Virus record (IMG/VR): IMGVR_UViG_3300030104_003441
Span: 2,903 to 66,902 of that record
Direction: 5' to 3' (one strand)
Source: a virus
DNA: 64,000 nt
Below, one piece after another: positions 37,509-48,182 of the stretch. The number at the start of each line of letters is the position of its first letter. Position 1 is the first letter of the stretch. A model generated the notes under the pieces. It was not told the DNA's origin. It saw only the letters and a program-made list of their open reading frames with translations, and did not search any database. Position numbers and translations under genes: made by a program.

Positions 37509-39014
37509 TTACTTCATCAACATGAAGTTGTTTGCTCCTTGCGTTACTAAGCAACGCTCAGATAAATAGTGAATCTGCATCGCGTCAAGCGCTGAAGTTG
37601 CAGCACCAACCGAACCAGTTACCCACGTCTTCATCTTACGGTTATCCGTATTAGAAGCTCTGTAACGAACGTGTAGGAAAGGACGCTTAAGGTTCTTACC
37701 TAGTGATTGATCGTATACAGTTGAAGTACCAGCTGGAATAATAACACCGCGAATAGCAGCAGATCCAGCAATACGGTTGATCTCTCCACGAGTTGCTTTG
37801 TCGTTTAAGTAACGGAAGTCAGACTTGTAGAAGTCGTAAGATCCGCGACGGAAACCAGAGAAGCCAAGGTTTAGAGCCATGTCTTCATCGTTTTCAAACA
37901 CTCCATAAGAAGTTCCACCAGCACCGTAAGAGTTCATAGATGCAAGCATGTCGTCGATAGCTAAGCTAGTCGCACGGTTCACAAACATCATGTTCTCTTC
38001 AATAGCACCTTGCTTATCAAACTCTGCTAGAATAGCATCAAACTCAGCTAAGTCAGTAGCAGCGTTAACACCAGTAATACCTGAAGTTACGTTTCCGCGA
38101 GACTCAATAGCCGCGAATAAACCTTCAGTACCAGCGCCGTTTGCACCTGCGTCTGTACCATCACGAACAACACTTCCGTTGAAACCGATAAGAGAAGCAG
38201 CTTCTGTCTTTTCAGACTCAAGCATAGCCATCTCTAAGTAATCAGTGAAACGAGCACGAGTGTCTCCTGAAGCCTTTAGGTACCATAAGTAACCTGACTG
38301 ACCTTCTTCACCTGTAACTTCAACCCAACCAACTTGAGAAGTATCAGATCCAGAGATCTCGTAGTAATCCTTCATGATGATTGGCTTGTTGCTGAACGAC
38401 TTGAAAGTCGGTGTTAGAGCAGTACGCTTGTCAGCTTCAGCAGCACCAGTAATACCAGCATACTTTGCTCCTTTACCGTACTCAGAACCTATAACTAATA
38501 ATACAGAACCACTACCAGTAGTAGCGTGTCCAGCAAGATCAGCCTTATCATAAGCCTCAACCGTGATAGCAGCTGTCGCTGGCGTCGCTACAACTAACGC
38601 TTTAGTTACGATACCTGCAGTAGCAATAAGTACGATATCGTTTACACGAACACCGTGGTTAGCTACAGCAAAACCGTTTTCACCGTCACCAGAACCGTCG
38701 ATATCAGTTACAACTGTGAATGTACCGCTAGTATCACCAGCAGTAGCTACTGTACCAACGTATGATAAATGTAAGCGAGATTGCTCAGACCAAACAACTT
38801 GGTCAGACGTCATCGCCTCTTCAGCACCTACTTGAGAAAGGAAACCTGAGATAGTTCTTTGTCCGAACACTTCAGCCTCTTTCTCCATTAGGTCTGGTAA
38901 ATATTGTTGCTCCCAGCCAGTTGAACCGCCTGCGAAGTCAATGTAGTTACTTGCTAAAGTCTGCTGCTGTGCAGTTGGGACTTTGTTAAGTAACGGTCCA
39001 TTTGTAATTGCCAT
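37509..39014 (-). CDS. major capsid protein
   Basis: 501 aa after portal and scaffold; strong codon bias; followed by a terminator; LGFSGFRRGSYDFYK motif. Confidence 0.8.
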   Translation of the reverse strand: MAITNGPLLNKVPTAQQQTLASNYIDFAGGSTGWEQQYLPDLMEKEAEVFGQRTISGFLSQVGAEEAMTSDQVVWSEQSRLHLSYVGTVATAGDTSGTFTVVTDIDGSGDGENGFAVANHGVRVNDIVLIATAGIVTKALVVATPATAAITVEAYDKADLAGHATTGSGSVLLVIGSEYGKGAKYAGITGAAEADKRTALTPTFKSFSNKPIIMKDYYEISGSDTSQVGWVEVTGEEGQSGYLWYLKASGDTRARFTDYLEMAMLESEKTEAASLIGFNGSVVRDGTDAGANGAGTEGLFAAIESRGNVTSGITGVNAATDLAEFDAILAEFDKQGAIEENMMFVNRATSLAIDDMLASMNSYGAGGTSYGVFENDEDMALNLGFSGFRRGSYDFYKSDFRYLNDKATRGEINRIAGSAAIRGVIIPAGTSTVYDQSLGKNLKRPFLHVRYRASNTDNRKMKTWVTGSVGAATSALDAMQIHYLSERCLVTQGANNFMLMK

Positions 39015-39025
39015 TTTTTCTTAAT

Positions 39026-40174
39026 TTACTTTTTGTTTTTACTTTTAATTTTAAATTTAAAAGAATCAGAATCATCGCCTAATACTTTGAACTTCATGCC
39101 TCCAGATTGAGGCGCGCTGTACGCTCCTCTAGCATCTGTGTTGATGTTCTTAGATTTAGCAACTGTTTCTTGTATTGCATCTGCTTTACCTTGCTCATAA
39201 AAATGTTGAGCTATAGCATCAGCATGCATTGCTGTGTATAGACCTTTATGGTAACCTCTAGCGTCTTCCATCGTGTTCTCTTCGTTTAGAAACTTTCCAA
39301 CAAAGTTATTAATATCACTTTGGCTTTGCTTTACCTGATCTGTATTCTTAACATTGAATCTGTATTTTTTATCTCCAACACTATATTCAAAACCTTTGAA
39401 TTTGTCATTAAAAACCTGCTCGGTCTTTTTGTTAAATACGGACTTTTGTTTTTCAACAACTTTTTGAGTTTGCTCTGACTCTTTATTGTATCTGTTGAAA
39501 AAATCTACAGCTTTCTGTTGCTCGGGCGTGAGCTTTATTCCAGCTTTAATTTCTTCATAGTACTTAGACTTTTGCCCGTCTAAATAGGCTTTAGCCTCAG
39601 CAACTTGCTCTTTTCGGGCTAATTTTCTTCTCTTTATATCACGCTCATCATCTATTGATTCATCATAGGCAAATTGATCTTCCATCAAAAAGTCTACTTC
39701 TTCAGAAGATAAATGAGGTTTTTTTGTTTTGTAATATTCACGTAAAGCATCTTGATCATCTAATTCGTTTATGTCTCTATTTAGCTTTACGTAGTCATTA
39801 ATATCACCACCAGTGTCATTCATAAACTCTACTAGTTTTTGTATGTTGTCAGGCAATGCCTCACCTGTTTGCTCAGACTCCTCAACAGCTTGTATAATCT
39901 CTTCTTCAAGCGCTTCTACTTCGTCTGTTATCTCTTCTAACGCTGGTGCTTCAACTTCGTTTTCATCAACAGGTTCTGCAACTACTTCTTCAGGTGTAGT
40001 TTCTTCTGCTGCCGGTTGAGATAAATCTACTTTAATAACGTCAGGATTATCTGCGCTATCAAACTTGCTTAAATCAAGCTCGGGTTTTTCTTCAACAACC
40101 TCTTCTTGAGGCGTTTCGTTTTCGACCTCTTGGATTACATCCTCAAGATCTGTTTGATTTTCTTGTTCCATCAT
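39026..40174 (-). CDS. capsid scaffolding protein
   Basis: Highly acidic N-terminus, helical, between portal and capsid genes. Confidence 0.65.
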   Translation of the reverse strand: MMEQENQTDLEDVIQEVENETPQEEVVEEKPELDLSKFDSADNPDVIKVDLSQPAAEETTPEEVVAEPVDENEVEAPALEEITDEVEALEEEIIQAVEESEQTGEALPDNIQKLVEFMNDTGGDINDYVKLNRDINELDDQDALREYYKTKKPHLSSEEVDFLMEDQFAYDESIDDERDIKRRKLARKEQVAEAKAYLDGQKSKYYEEIKAGIKLTPEQQKAVDFFNRYNKESEQTQKVVEKQKSVFNKKTEQVFNDKFKGFEYSVGDKKYRFNVKNTDQVKQSQSDINNFVGKFLNEENTMEDARGYHKGLYTAMHADAIAQHFYEQGKADAIQETVAKSKNINTDARGAYSAPQSGGMKFKVLGDDSDSFKFKIKSKNKK

Positions 40175-40188
40175 AAAATATTATATAA

Positions 40189-42570
40189 TTAATTACCAAT
40201 TTGTGGGTTAAACTTATCTAAACCCATTCCGCCTCCTAGTATATCATTACCTGAAGACTCAAACTTTTTACTCGTTTGTTTCATATTTTCTCGCCTATCT
40301 TTACCGTCTTCTTTCATCCTCTCTACTCCCATAGCTTGCGAGCGTTCTTCGCCACGTAGTTTTTGATTTAATTCAAACTCGTAAGCCATAAGTTCTTTCT
40401 TTAATCTAACTTCTTCTTGTAGATGTTTTAATTTACCTTCGTTTCTTGTTGCCTCTAGTTGCAAGTCCGCTTGAGCTTTTGCCTGATTTTTTTGCATCTC
40501 AGTTTGAGCAATGGCTTGTTGAGCTTGCGCATTTGCTTGTGCTTGCGCTTGTGCGTTCTCTTGTTGGATTTTTTGATCTCGTTCTTGTTTTTTCTTACGT
40601 TTAATCTTTAACAGTTGATTAGCTAACTTTATATTTCTAACTTCTCTAATATCAATAGCATCATCTAAATCTATTAACTGTTGAGCTAGTGCTGTTTGTA
40701 TGTTGTTTTCTAACAATTGTTTTTCTTCAGCGTCAGGTTCTAACTCAAGAAATATACCGAAATCATACAAGTGCAGTTCAGACATTTCTTTTAACGTAGC
40801 TACGTTATGTGATCCTATAGCCTGAACAAACGCATCGGCTGTTGGTGAATATTCAAGTATGTCTGATATTCTAAGAGATAAAGCTTCAGCCATAGACACT
40901 GTTAGAAAAGAGCTTGCGTTAAGTATGTGACGTGTAGCAACGTTTGAATTTGCGGCTGCTAGCTTTTGAACTCCTACTAATGACTTTGGATCTGGCACAC
41001 TAGCATCTCTAGCTTCATTAAGGCCTGTTACATCACGTATCATCTGTAGATAATAGTTGTAATTGCCTATAAGAGCTTGTAACTTATTACCAGCACCTGC
41101 TCCGTTAGATATTTCTTGAATAGGTATTTTACCAGGATTTTGATCTCCATCTGAAGTGAAGCTTCTACCTATAACACTACCAGTTTGGAAGAACATATTA
41201 AGCGCTTCTTGTGGATTATAGTTTGTGCCGTTGCCTAAATCTACTTCAGCAAGTCCATCAGCATCAAGGTATACGCCATCAGGCACCATGCGCGACATTA
41301 CTTGCTGTAACTTTAAATGTGTTAACTGAATCATATCAGCAAACCCAGTAATTCTACTAACTAAAGACTCGATTTTACCCTCATACATACGAGGCGCAAC
41401 AAGAGAGTAATTCATCTTAACTTTGTTAAAGTCAGATTTATTACGCATCATGTTATCGGCTTTATTCCACTTGATCAACTTGTCTGTGCCTAAGACTATA
41501 GCACCTTCAAATAAACATTCTACAGATCGCTGTATCCTAGAGTAACCTCCTTCTTTGTTATTTGGCGGATTAAACGTGTCTGGTTTTTCTATTGCTTTGT
41601 ATCCACCTGTTCCAGTTTCTTTAATCTTATAAACGTTATTCATATACGTTTTAAAATTAAAGTATAATACTTTTATTTTATTATCATCCGCCTCTTGTAT
41701 ATGCCTACCGTATGTTCCGTAGTATCTCTTTGAAGACGATTTTTTTATTTCTTCTAAATCACTAGCCGTAAGATTAGGAAACTCTTTTGCTAACTCGTTA
41801 ATAGGTATTGTTTTTACTTCACCTATATAGTATATGTCATCAAAATAAGGAGACTCAGTGTAAGAATAAACTAAATCAGCAGGATCAACATATTCAACCT
41901 TTGCACCTTCACTAAAATTAAAATTAGTTTTTACACACCCTATGCCTAACACGGTAAGATCATATAAAACTCTTCTTCTAGTTAAATCATAATTACTACC
42001 CTCTAAAAGAACATTGATAGCTTGCTCTTCTGCTATTTCTACAGCCTGCTTATAAGTAAGTTGCATGTGCAAATCAAGCTCTTCTTTAGTATCAGGTAGT
42101 TGATCTTTATCTGTTTCATAAAGATCCATGTTAAACATCTCTTGTGCTTGATCATTAAACTGTCTTGATCTCATATCACGCTGTATCGACTCCATGTACT
42201 CGGTTCGCTTACTAACGCCGTATTGATCTTGAGAATACGCTTTTATATTAAACATACGCTCAGACATACCATTAACAACTATATCTACAAATTTAGGTAT
42301 AATAGGTACTGGCTTCCAATCTAAATTAAGATAAGATAAATCGCCATTAATAGACAATTCGTCTTTATATTTTTGTATAGACTGCTCACCTCTTGCATAC
42401 AGTCTTAATCTATGAAATGAATTTTGGGTATCAAGGTATCTGTTAGAATGATTACCTTTAAACCACTCATGCTCGATAGCTTGAGCTACTTTCAAACCAT
42501 ACTCTGCGCTCATCTTTTCAAGATCAGAAACAGTTTGAGATGGAAAATTAACATATACTGACTCAGCCAT
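40189..42570 (-). CDS. portal protein
   Basis: 793 aa immediately after terminase; PIIPKFVDIVVNG, TGLNEARD, Gln-rich C-terminal barrel. Confidence 0.8.
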   Translation of the reverse strand: MAESVYVNFPSQTVSDLEKMSAEYGLKVAQAIEHEWFKGNHSNRYLDTQNSFHRLRLYARGEQSIQKYKDELSINGDLSYLNLDWKPVPIIPKFVDIVVNGMSERMFNIKAYSQDQYGVSKRTEYMESIQRDMRSRQFNDQAQEMFNMDLYETDKDQLPDTKEELDLHMQLTYKQAVEIAEEQAINVLLEGSNYDLTRRRVLYDLTVLGIGCVKTNFNFSEGAKVEYVDPADLVYSYTESPYFDDIYYIGEVKTIPINELAKEFPNLTASDLEEIKKSSSKRYYGTYGRHIQEADDNKIKVLYFNFKTYMNNVYKIKETGTGGYKAIEKPDTFNPPNNKEGGYSRIQRSVECLFEGAIVLGTDKLIKWNKADNMMRNKSDFNKVKMNYSLVAPRMYEGKIESLVSRITGFADMIQLTHLKLQQVMSRMVPDGVYLDADGLAEVDLGNGTNYNPQEALNMFFQTGSVIGRSFTSDGDQNPGKIPIQEISNGAGAGNKLQALIGNYNYYLQMIRDVTGLNEARDASVPDPKSLVGVQKLAAANSNVATRHILNASSFLTVSMAEALSLRISDILEYSPTADAFVQAIGSHNVATLKEMSELHLYDFGIFLELEPDAEEKQLLENNIQTALAQQLIDLDDAIDIREVRNIKLANQLLKIKRKKKQERDQKIQQENAQAQAQANAQAQQAIAQTEMQKNQAKAQADLQLEATRNEGKLKHLQEEVRLKKELMAYEFELNQKLRGEERSQAMGVERMKEDGKDRRENMKQTSKKFESSGNDILGGGMGLDKFNPQIGN

Positions 42571-44788
42571 GCTTGTTTATTATTTGGGAGTTATACCCTT
42601 TATTATCATATTTAGATATATTCAAATTCAAAGGTGTTTTTTCTATTTTAGCGTTTGGTGCGTATAGGTGTCTGTTGCAAGCCATGATAGCTAAACCAGA
42701 ACTTATTGAAGCATCGTGCTTAGTTCTTTTGTTTATATTAAACTTAGCCCAATCATTTAGTAGCTCATTAAAATACACAGTTCCATATTGACCGTCACCA
42801 AGATGACCAACGTGGTTTTGAATGTACATCTCTATTGCAGCCGCGTGAGCTTGCTTAATATCTTCACTAGAGTTTGGTATGCCACCAACTTCTTTTTCTG
42901 AGGTAGACATTTTTTTCCAAGTTCTATCTGGTCTGTTCATACTATATCCTCTATAGCCTCTACGTCTTAAATAGTATAGTAATCTTGGTTTGTTATTCTC
43001 TGCGAGTAACGGCATTCCGTAAAACACTAATGCCATTAATACATCTTCAAAAAATATCTCTGCGGTTTGTGGTCTTGCTATATACTCTAGGAAGAACGTG
43101 CTCGATGGCGCTTCTTCCATAGAAAATTTTGTTAATCCGTGTAATGCTCCGTTAGAACCCCTACCGTCAACAGTACCACTAATGTCATAACTATCACACC
43201 CAAACGCTCCAACATGCTCATTGCCTGGGAACTTAATCCCATTTTTTGTAAACTGTCTGTTTTGCAAATGAGATGGAGGCACCCAACTTACTTTAAACCT
43301 ACCAGTAGGATCAGGGTGAAATATAACTCTAGTGTCTTTAATTCCATTTTCCCAAGAAAAACTACCAACGGTAAAAGGAGCGTTGTGAATGCTGCCTTCG
43401 TTATAATCTATTTGCTCGTATATTTTAATTAAATTAAATATACTATTTTTAGTTTCATCTCTAAACGCGTGTTCTTCTGTTCTAGGAAACTGTCGATAAA
43501 ACTCGTTTAACGCATCTTGATCATCTCTTAAACCATCAGCTTCATTTTCCCAACTTGTTATTACGCCTACATCTATCAGTTCACCGTCTGGTCCCAGTCG
43601 TTCATCATCACCTGGATTATCAAAGACTGGAAGTCCGTATTCATCAATAAATCCTTCATAGTTCCATTCCATAGGGATAAAGAGAGAATAAAGCCCAGAC
43701 TTCGTTTGTCCATTAGCATTTCGTCTTGATACGTCAGAATCATTGAATAGCTTTTTAAAATTGTTTCCACCCTTATCTAATGCGTTACTGGTACTGCCCA
43801 TCATGCATTTACCAACGATTCTACTACCTAGCCTTAAACAGGTTTTAGTAACTCGCCAGTTGTTTAATATGTTATCAGGCCTCTCCCACTTACCACTCTC
43901 ATCGTGAACTAGCAAGTTTAGCTTTTCACCATCATAGCTATTATCACCAGTGTTCTTCCAGTCTATCGTAGTATCTAGACCAGCTATCTCTTCAAGCTGT
44001 TCGTTTACCTGTATTTTCTTACGAGTAAACTTACTAGCTGGAACTCTATACGCAAGCTCGGACTTTGGTCGGTCCATACCATCTTGTATAGGTTTAAAGA
44101 AGAAAGGGTAATTTATTGATATAGGTACAACCTTATCAGTAAACATTTTCTTCGCATCGGCACCAGACTTAGAGAGTATCCCATATCTACTATCACTTGA
44201 TATAGTGGCTAAGTTAACTGTTTCAGCTGATGACATAAACGAGAAACCTGAACGACGGTTTTTAAGGTAGCACATCCCATAGCATCTCTTATCAGCTTTG
44301 CAGGCTTCCCAGAATATAAAGAATAGTCTGTTCGCCTCTCTAAAGTCTGGAGCTCCAACGTCAATTTTGCTCCATTGTAGGTACATATAATGCGTACCTG
44401 TTATATATGTTGGTACGCCATTGTTAGTAAACCAAAATCCTTCTTCTCTGCGTTTAAATTCTTCGTCAATATAATCGTACCACTTTTCTTTTTGCTCTTC
44501 TGGATAATTCCTCCAGTCGAATATATTCTTAATACGAGCTAGTTCTTTAGGATACTCTGCTTTAACCCATTTGTTTTTCTCGTGCTTAAATACGTTTTTA
44601 TTGGGTTTAGGTAAAGCTATCTTAAAGCCTTGTATATCATAAATATCGCCTATAACTCCGTTATGCGAAAGAACTACTAGATCGTGTTCTTTGTTATAAC
44701 CGTACTTCCACTTCTTACCTCTGTTAAGTCTAGTAAGAGTAGTTTTCTTTATAGGTTCAACTATCTTATATAAAGTCTGTTCGTACAT
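42563..44788 (-). CDS. terL: terminase large subunit
   Basis: Walker A-like LKNRRSGFS, Walker B LLVHDESGK, GSTSN, nuclease GCDSYD...HDA. Confidence 0.85.
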   Translation of the reverse strand: MYEQTLYKIVEPIKKTTLTRLNRGKKWKYGYNKEHDLVVLSHNGVIGDIYDIQGFKIALPKPNKNVFKHEKNKWVKAEYPKELARIKNIFDWRNYPEEQKEKWYDYIDEEFKRREEGFWFTNNGVPTYITGTHYMYLQWSKIDVGAPDFREANRLFFIFWEACKADKRCYGMCYLKNRRSGFSFMSSAETVNLATISSDSRYGILSKSGADAKKMFTDKVVPISINYPFFFKPIQDGMDRPKSELAYRVPASKFTRKKIQVNEQLEEIAGLDTTIDWKNTGDNSYDGEKLNLLVHDESGKWERPDNILNNWRVTKTCLRLGSRIVGKCMMGSTSNALDKGGNNFKKLFNDSDVSRRNANGQTKSGLYSLFIPMEWNYEGFIDEYGLPVFDNPGDDERLGPDGELIDVGVITSWENEADGLRDDQDALNEFYRQFPRTEEHAFRDETKNSIFNLIKIYEQIDYNEGSIHNAPFTVGSFSWENGIKDTRVIFHPDPTGRFKVSWVPPSHLQNRQFTKNGIKFPGNEHVGAFGCDSYDISGTVDGRGSNGALHGLTKFSMEEAPSSTFFLEYIARPQTAEIFFEDVLMALVFYGMPLLAENNKPRLLYYLRRRGYRGYSMNRPDRTWKKMSTSEKEVGGIPNSSEDIKQAHAAAIEMYIQNHVGHLGDGQYGTVYFNELLNDWAKFNINKRTKHDASISSGLAIMACNRHLYAPNAKIEKTPLNLNISKYDNKGYNSQIINKHG

Positions 44789-45063
44789 TATTTAGATCTA
44801 CCCTCAGCAAAACCCTTAAATACTCTCTCTTTCTTTTCTTCAGGTGCTTTACCTTCTAAAAGATTTTCTTCTTCTTGGATTCTGTTTAATATCTCAAAGG
44901 CGTCGAAGATCGCAAGCTTTTTTGTAGCAGCGGCATTCTTGAGTCTATCAGCTGATATATCATCATCTGAATCAACAATAGCTTCTTTAGCTACTTTGAT
45001 TAATTCCTCAACCGCTCTGTGCCCAGCTTGGATTATATTCTTCTTCGTCTCCTTGATATTCAT
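44788..45063 (-). CDS. probable terminase small subunit (start likely MNIKET)
   Basis: Small helical protein directly upstream of terL. Confidence 0.45.
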   Translation of the reverse strand: MNIKETKKNIIQAGHRAVEELIKVAKEAIVDSDDDISADRLKNAAATKKLAIFDAFEILNRIQEEENLLEGKAPEEKKERVFKGFAEGRSK

Positions 45064-45598
45064 ATTTAATTGTAATAAATTGAGATGGTATGCGATATAA
45101 ACGTTTACCATCAACTACGAACTCACACTCTGTATTAGGTCTAAAACCTACAAGAGAGTTTAGCTCTGCTCTGCCATCAGTATGCTTAACAATGCCAACC
45201 AAAGGTTTTTCAGTGTCAACACTTAGTTTGCTATTGTCCTTAATAGGTTGCACAAAACAATAACCACGTGGGCATACCCACTCTTCGTTACGCTTGTACA
45301 AAAATATCTGATCATTATTTACAAAGTATTTATTTTCCTCGTAGTATGACCTGCTATTACGCTCTTTACCTCTTACATCGTGCCAGCGCCTGAATACGTT
45401 AAAGTGAACTAAAACTGTGTCACCAACTTGTATTTCTGTATCGCTTAACTTTGGTTTAGATATAACTTTAGCAAATCTATTAACGTGATGATGATTAAAC
45501 ACATCTGTATTCAGTATTAATTGTTTATCACCTACTTTTGTAGTATTGTTATATCTCTCACCTACGGGCTCTACAATAAAGTTGTAAAGCGCTTGCAT
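45008..45598 (-). CDS. tandem GroES-like protein
   Basis: Two GroES-fold-like halves (FIVEP...AKVISKP..IQVGDTVLV; CFVQP...GIVKH...LVGF). Confidence 0.5.
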   Translation of the reverse strand: MQALYNFIVEPVGERYNNTTKVGDKQLILNTDVFNHHHVNRFAKVISKPKLSDTEIQVGDTVLVHFNVFRRWHDVRGKERNSRSYYEENKYFVNNDQIFLYKRNEEWVCPRGYCFVQPIKDNSKLSVDTEKPLVGIVKHTDGRAELNSLVGFRPNTECEFVVDGKRLYRIPSQFITIKYEYQGDEEEYNPSWAQSG

Positions 45599-45819
45599 CA
45601 GTATTCTAAATTATATTCTACTGATATAGCCATGTTCTTATTAAAATCTTTCCAAGGTATAACAGCTTTATCTTTTCTAATATATATAGAGTACTTATCG
45701 GTTTCTTCTAATATATCACATATAGTATGACCGCCATACACTTCCTGTCCAACAGCGTAGTGCATAGCGTCATTTTTATAATCTTTACCTATAGTAATCT
45801 TACGAATCAGATGGTTCAT
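45598..45819 (-). CDS. hypothetical protein
   Basis: IRKITIGKDYKNDAMHY; overlapping operon arrangement. Confidence 0.6.
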   Translation of the reverse strand: MNHLIRKITIGKDYKNDAMHYAVGQEVYGGHTICDILEETDKYSIYIRKDKAVIPWKDFNKNMAISVEYNLEY

Positions 45820-46078
45820 CTTCTTTGTAGTTTATAGTACCGTCTTGAATAACTATATCGTTAGATCCATATTTTTCTTGAAAAGATTTTTGAATCTCGT
45901 TTAATTTATCGTTACCTTGGAATAGAGCATGCAACGCAGCGTGCTTTTGTGCTTCCATAGTGCCGATATCAAACTGTAGCTTGTTAATAGCTGCAACAGT
46001 ATTTTGTAATTCTTTTAGCTCTTCTTCAGAGATCTTCTCTGGTTTTAGGTCTATAACCTTTTCTTTTTTCTTTCCCAT
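45800..46078 (-). CDS. coiled-coil hypothetical protein
   Basis: Heptad pattern; AT-rich leader. Confidence 0.6.
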   Translation of the reverse strand: MGKKKEKVIDLKPEKISEEELKELQNTVAAINKLQFDIGTMEAQKHAALHALFQGNDKLNEIQKSFQEKYGSNDIVIQDGTINYKEDEPSDS

Positions 46079-46107
46079 AATTAAATTAAATTAAAATTGT
46101 TTATTGT

Positions 46108-46887
46108 TTATTGTTCAAATCCAAGCACAAGTGTAATAGGAGTTGTATTGAAAACTAACTTGTCGTTTGCACTTGCGTTGGCTAAATTAGCTTCTAACGT
46201 TACTTGAGTAGCACTATCTACACTTTTAACTGTACCAAGTAAATTATCATCTTCGTCTCTTAAAATATCACCAGGCGCTAAAGCTATTGTTGCGTCTAGA
46301 TCAGCAACAGTAAGTACTGGGCTGTCTGTAGACATCGTGCCATCGACTGTCATTGTTGAAGGCCCCCAGTTGTGATTACCCTTAGATATACTAGCTACAC
46401 ACAAACTAGCGTAACCTTTAGATGAACCCGAGCCAGGCACTCCCTCGAGAATAGGTGTAACTACTAGATCTTGCGATGTCGAAGCGGTAGAAGCACCACC
46501 AGAGGCTTCTATCATAATTATGTTGCCATATATTAAATCAGCGCCATTACTAGCCAAACTTGCGTCAACGTAAGTTCTACTTTGAAGTAAATGCGCAGCA
46601 CCGGTTTGAGTTAAGGTTGAATCTACAGTGCCACGTCTATCAGCCGAAAGAAATGGAGCTGTTCCTTCTTCGTCTGTCTTTGCAAAATATAGTTCAAAAT
46701 CAAGTGGAGTATAATCTGCTCCGTTTTTACCTCTATACAAACAGTGACCACCTAAAAATCTAGCAGATCCGTTAGGTACATCAAACTTGGCGAAATCAAA
46801 TAGAATTTGTGTAGCGCTTATATTACCAGCATTTAAAGCTGTAACAGTAATTGTAGGTTTAACTACTGCTTGAAAAAATTTACTCAT
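46108..46887 (-). CDS. putative virion structural protein
   Basis: Beta-rich; GDIL....LLGTVKSVDSATQVTL fibre-type repeat. Confidence 0.45.
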   Translation of the reverse strand: MSKFFQAVVKPTITVTALNAGNISATQILFDFAKFDVPNGSARFLGGHCLYRGKNGADYTPLDFELYFAKTDEEGTAPFLSADRRGTVDSTLTQTGAAHLLQSRTYVDASLASNGADLIYGNIIMIEASGGASTASTSQDLVVTPILEGVPGSGSSKGYASLCVASISKGNHNWGPSTMTVDGTMSTDSPVLTVADLDATIALAPGDILRDEDDNLLGTVKSVDSATQVTLEANLANASANDKLVFNTTPITLVLGFEQ

Positions 46888-46889
46888 AA

Positions 46890-47318
46890 TTACTTTTTTA
46901 CTTTTTCTATAGATCTACCAGCAAAGTATGCACCGAAAGCGGTAAGCATAAGTATCTGTAGTAAATCTACATATGAATCTTTAACATTAAAAGGCAGTGT
47001 ATCTACGCTATCAAAAACCATTGTTAGCATGAACATACCCATTAGACATATAAGCGTTAGTGGCCTAATCATCTTAGCTAGCTTTACATCGCTACCCATA
47101 TCAGCTTTCCACCTTTCGCTTACGTTATTTTGAAAAGCAACCTCAGCATCTACAGCGGCCATGCCCGCATCTGTATCTACTTCTGGATCTTTATCAATAA
47201 GGTTTTTAACTACGCCTAACGCACCTTGATCAGGTAGAAAATCTCCTACTACGTCAAGAACGTTTGGCGCTTTATTCTTTAGCCATTTACCTAGGCCTGT
47301 ATCTTTAATCTTTTTCAT
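46890..47318 (-). CDS. holin (3TM holin-like)
   Basis: RWKADM.SD..L...IRP, two TM helices, AYFAGRSIEK. Confidence 0.7.
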   Translation of the reverse strand: MKKIKDTGLGKWLKNKAPNVLDVVGDFLPDQGALGVVKNLIDKDPEVDTDAGMAAVDAEVAFQNNVSERWKADMGSDVKLAKMIRPLTLICLMGMFMLTMVFDSVDTLPFNVKDSYVDLLQILMLTAFGAYFAGRSIEKVKK

Positions 47319-47668
47319 TACTCTGCTTTTTTAGCTCTCTTCTCCCAAGGAAACACATTACTTCCTTCCTCGTGCCACTTACCATTGTATTTAATCTTAC
47401 CGCCTTTTCTGTGGTAAGTTTTATTACCGTCTCTAACGTAGTCATCACCATAAGCAATTTTACCCTGCTTCATTTCTTTCGCGTGAACACTTTCGTGACG
47501 TATAACCTTTTTTTCTAAAGCACTTCCCTTAGGCACATCTTTATCTACGTAGATACTACCATCCATATTAGCTTCACCGAGTATGCCTTTATCTAGATTT
47601 TTTCTAAATATAGGTGTTTCTTTTGAGTTTCTAATCTGTCTTTTTTCTCTACCTAATTTATAAGCCAT
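47318..47668 (-). CDS. small zincin-like metallopeptidase
   Basis: VIRHESVH (HExxH) preceded by LGEA..DGSIYV strands; MAYKL N-terminus. Confidence 0.6.
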   Translation of the reverse strand: MAYKLGREKRQIRNSKETPIFRKNLDKGILGEANMDGSIYVDKDVPKGSALEKKVIRHESVHAKEMKQGKIAYGDDYVRDGNKTYHRKGGKIKYNGKWHEEGSNVFPWEKRAKKAE

Positions 47669-47672
47669 GTTG

Positions 47673-47843
47673 TTATTTATTAGAAAGCGTTATTGTACCA
47701 TCATCGTTTTGTTTTATGTGGTAAGTTCGTTTGCATATATTAGAAGCTTGCAGTGGAGTTAAACCGTTTTCAACTAAGCCGTCATACAAAGCTTGCCTTG
47801 CTTCTAGCAACGTGCCGCGAGTTACTTCTACTTTATCAGACAT
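47673..47843 (-). CDS. small hypothetical protein (56 aa, not in ORF track)
   Basis: MSDKVEVTRGTLLEARQ...; ATG overlaps the upstream TAA. Confidence 0.55.
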   Translation of the reverse strand: MSDKVEVTRGTLLEARQALYDGLVENGLTPLQASNICKRTYHIKQNDDGTITLSNK

Positions 47844-48181
47844 TATTTTTCTCTACGGCGTTTAACTTGATCTTTAAAAAACTTTGAGTCTTGATCGTCT
47901 ACTTTTCTCTGTAATCTATCTCTTTTACCTTTGTTACCTTTTTGAGCTGCAACATTTCGTCTCCTTGCTAACTTTGCACCTTTTATATTACCTTCATTTA
48001 ATCGATCAGTAACGTTTTTAACTGTACCACCTTTTCTACCTCTAATCCTATCTTCCTTGCTTTTTTTCATAGGAGTTTCTGGAGCATCTAAAATCTTTTG
48101 CTTTAGATGATCAGGTAAGTTTTTTTGTTTACCTATAAGAGCTTTCATCATAGGGCTTTTGCCCTTCATTTTAAACGCCAT
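47843..48181 (-). CDS. basic MAFKMK-family protein
   Basis: MAFKMKGKSPMMK, TPMKK; Lys/Arg-rich. Confidence 0.7.
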   Translation of the reverse strand: MAFKMKGKSPMMKALIGKQKNLPDHLKQKILDAPETPMKKSKEDRIRGRKGGTVKNVTDRLNEGNIKGAKLARRRNVAAQKGNKGKRDRLQRKVDDQDSKFFKDQVKRRREK

Positions 48182-48182
48182 A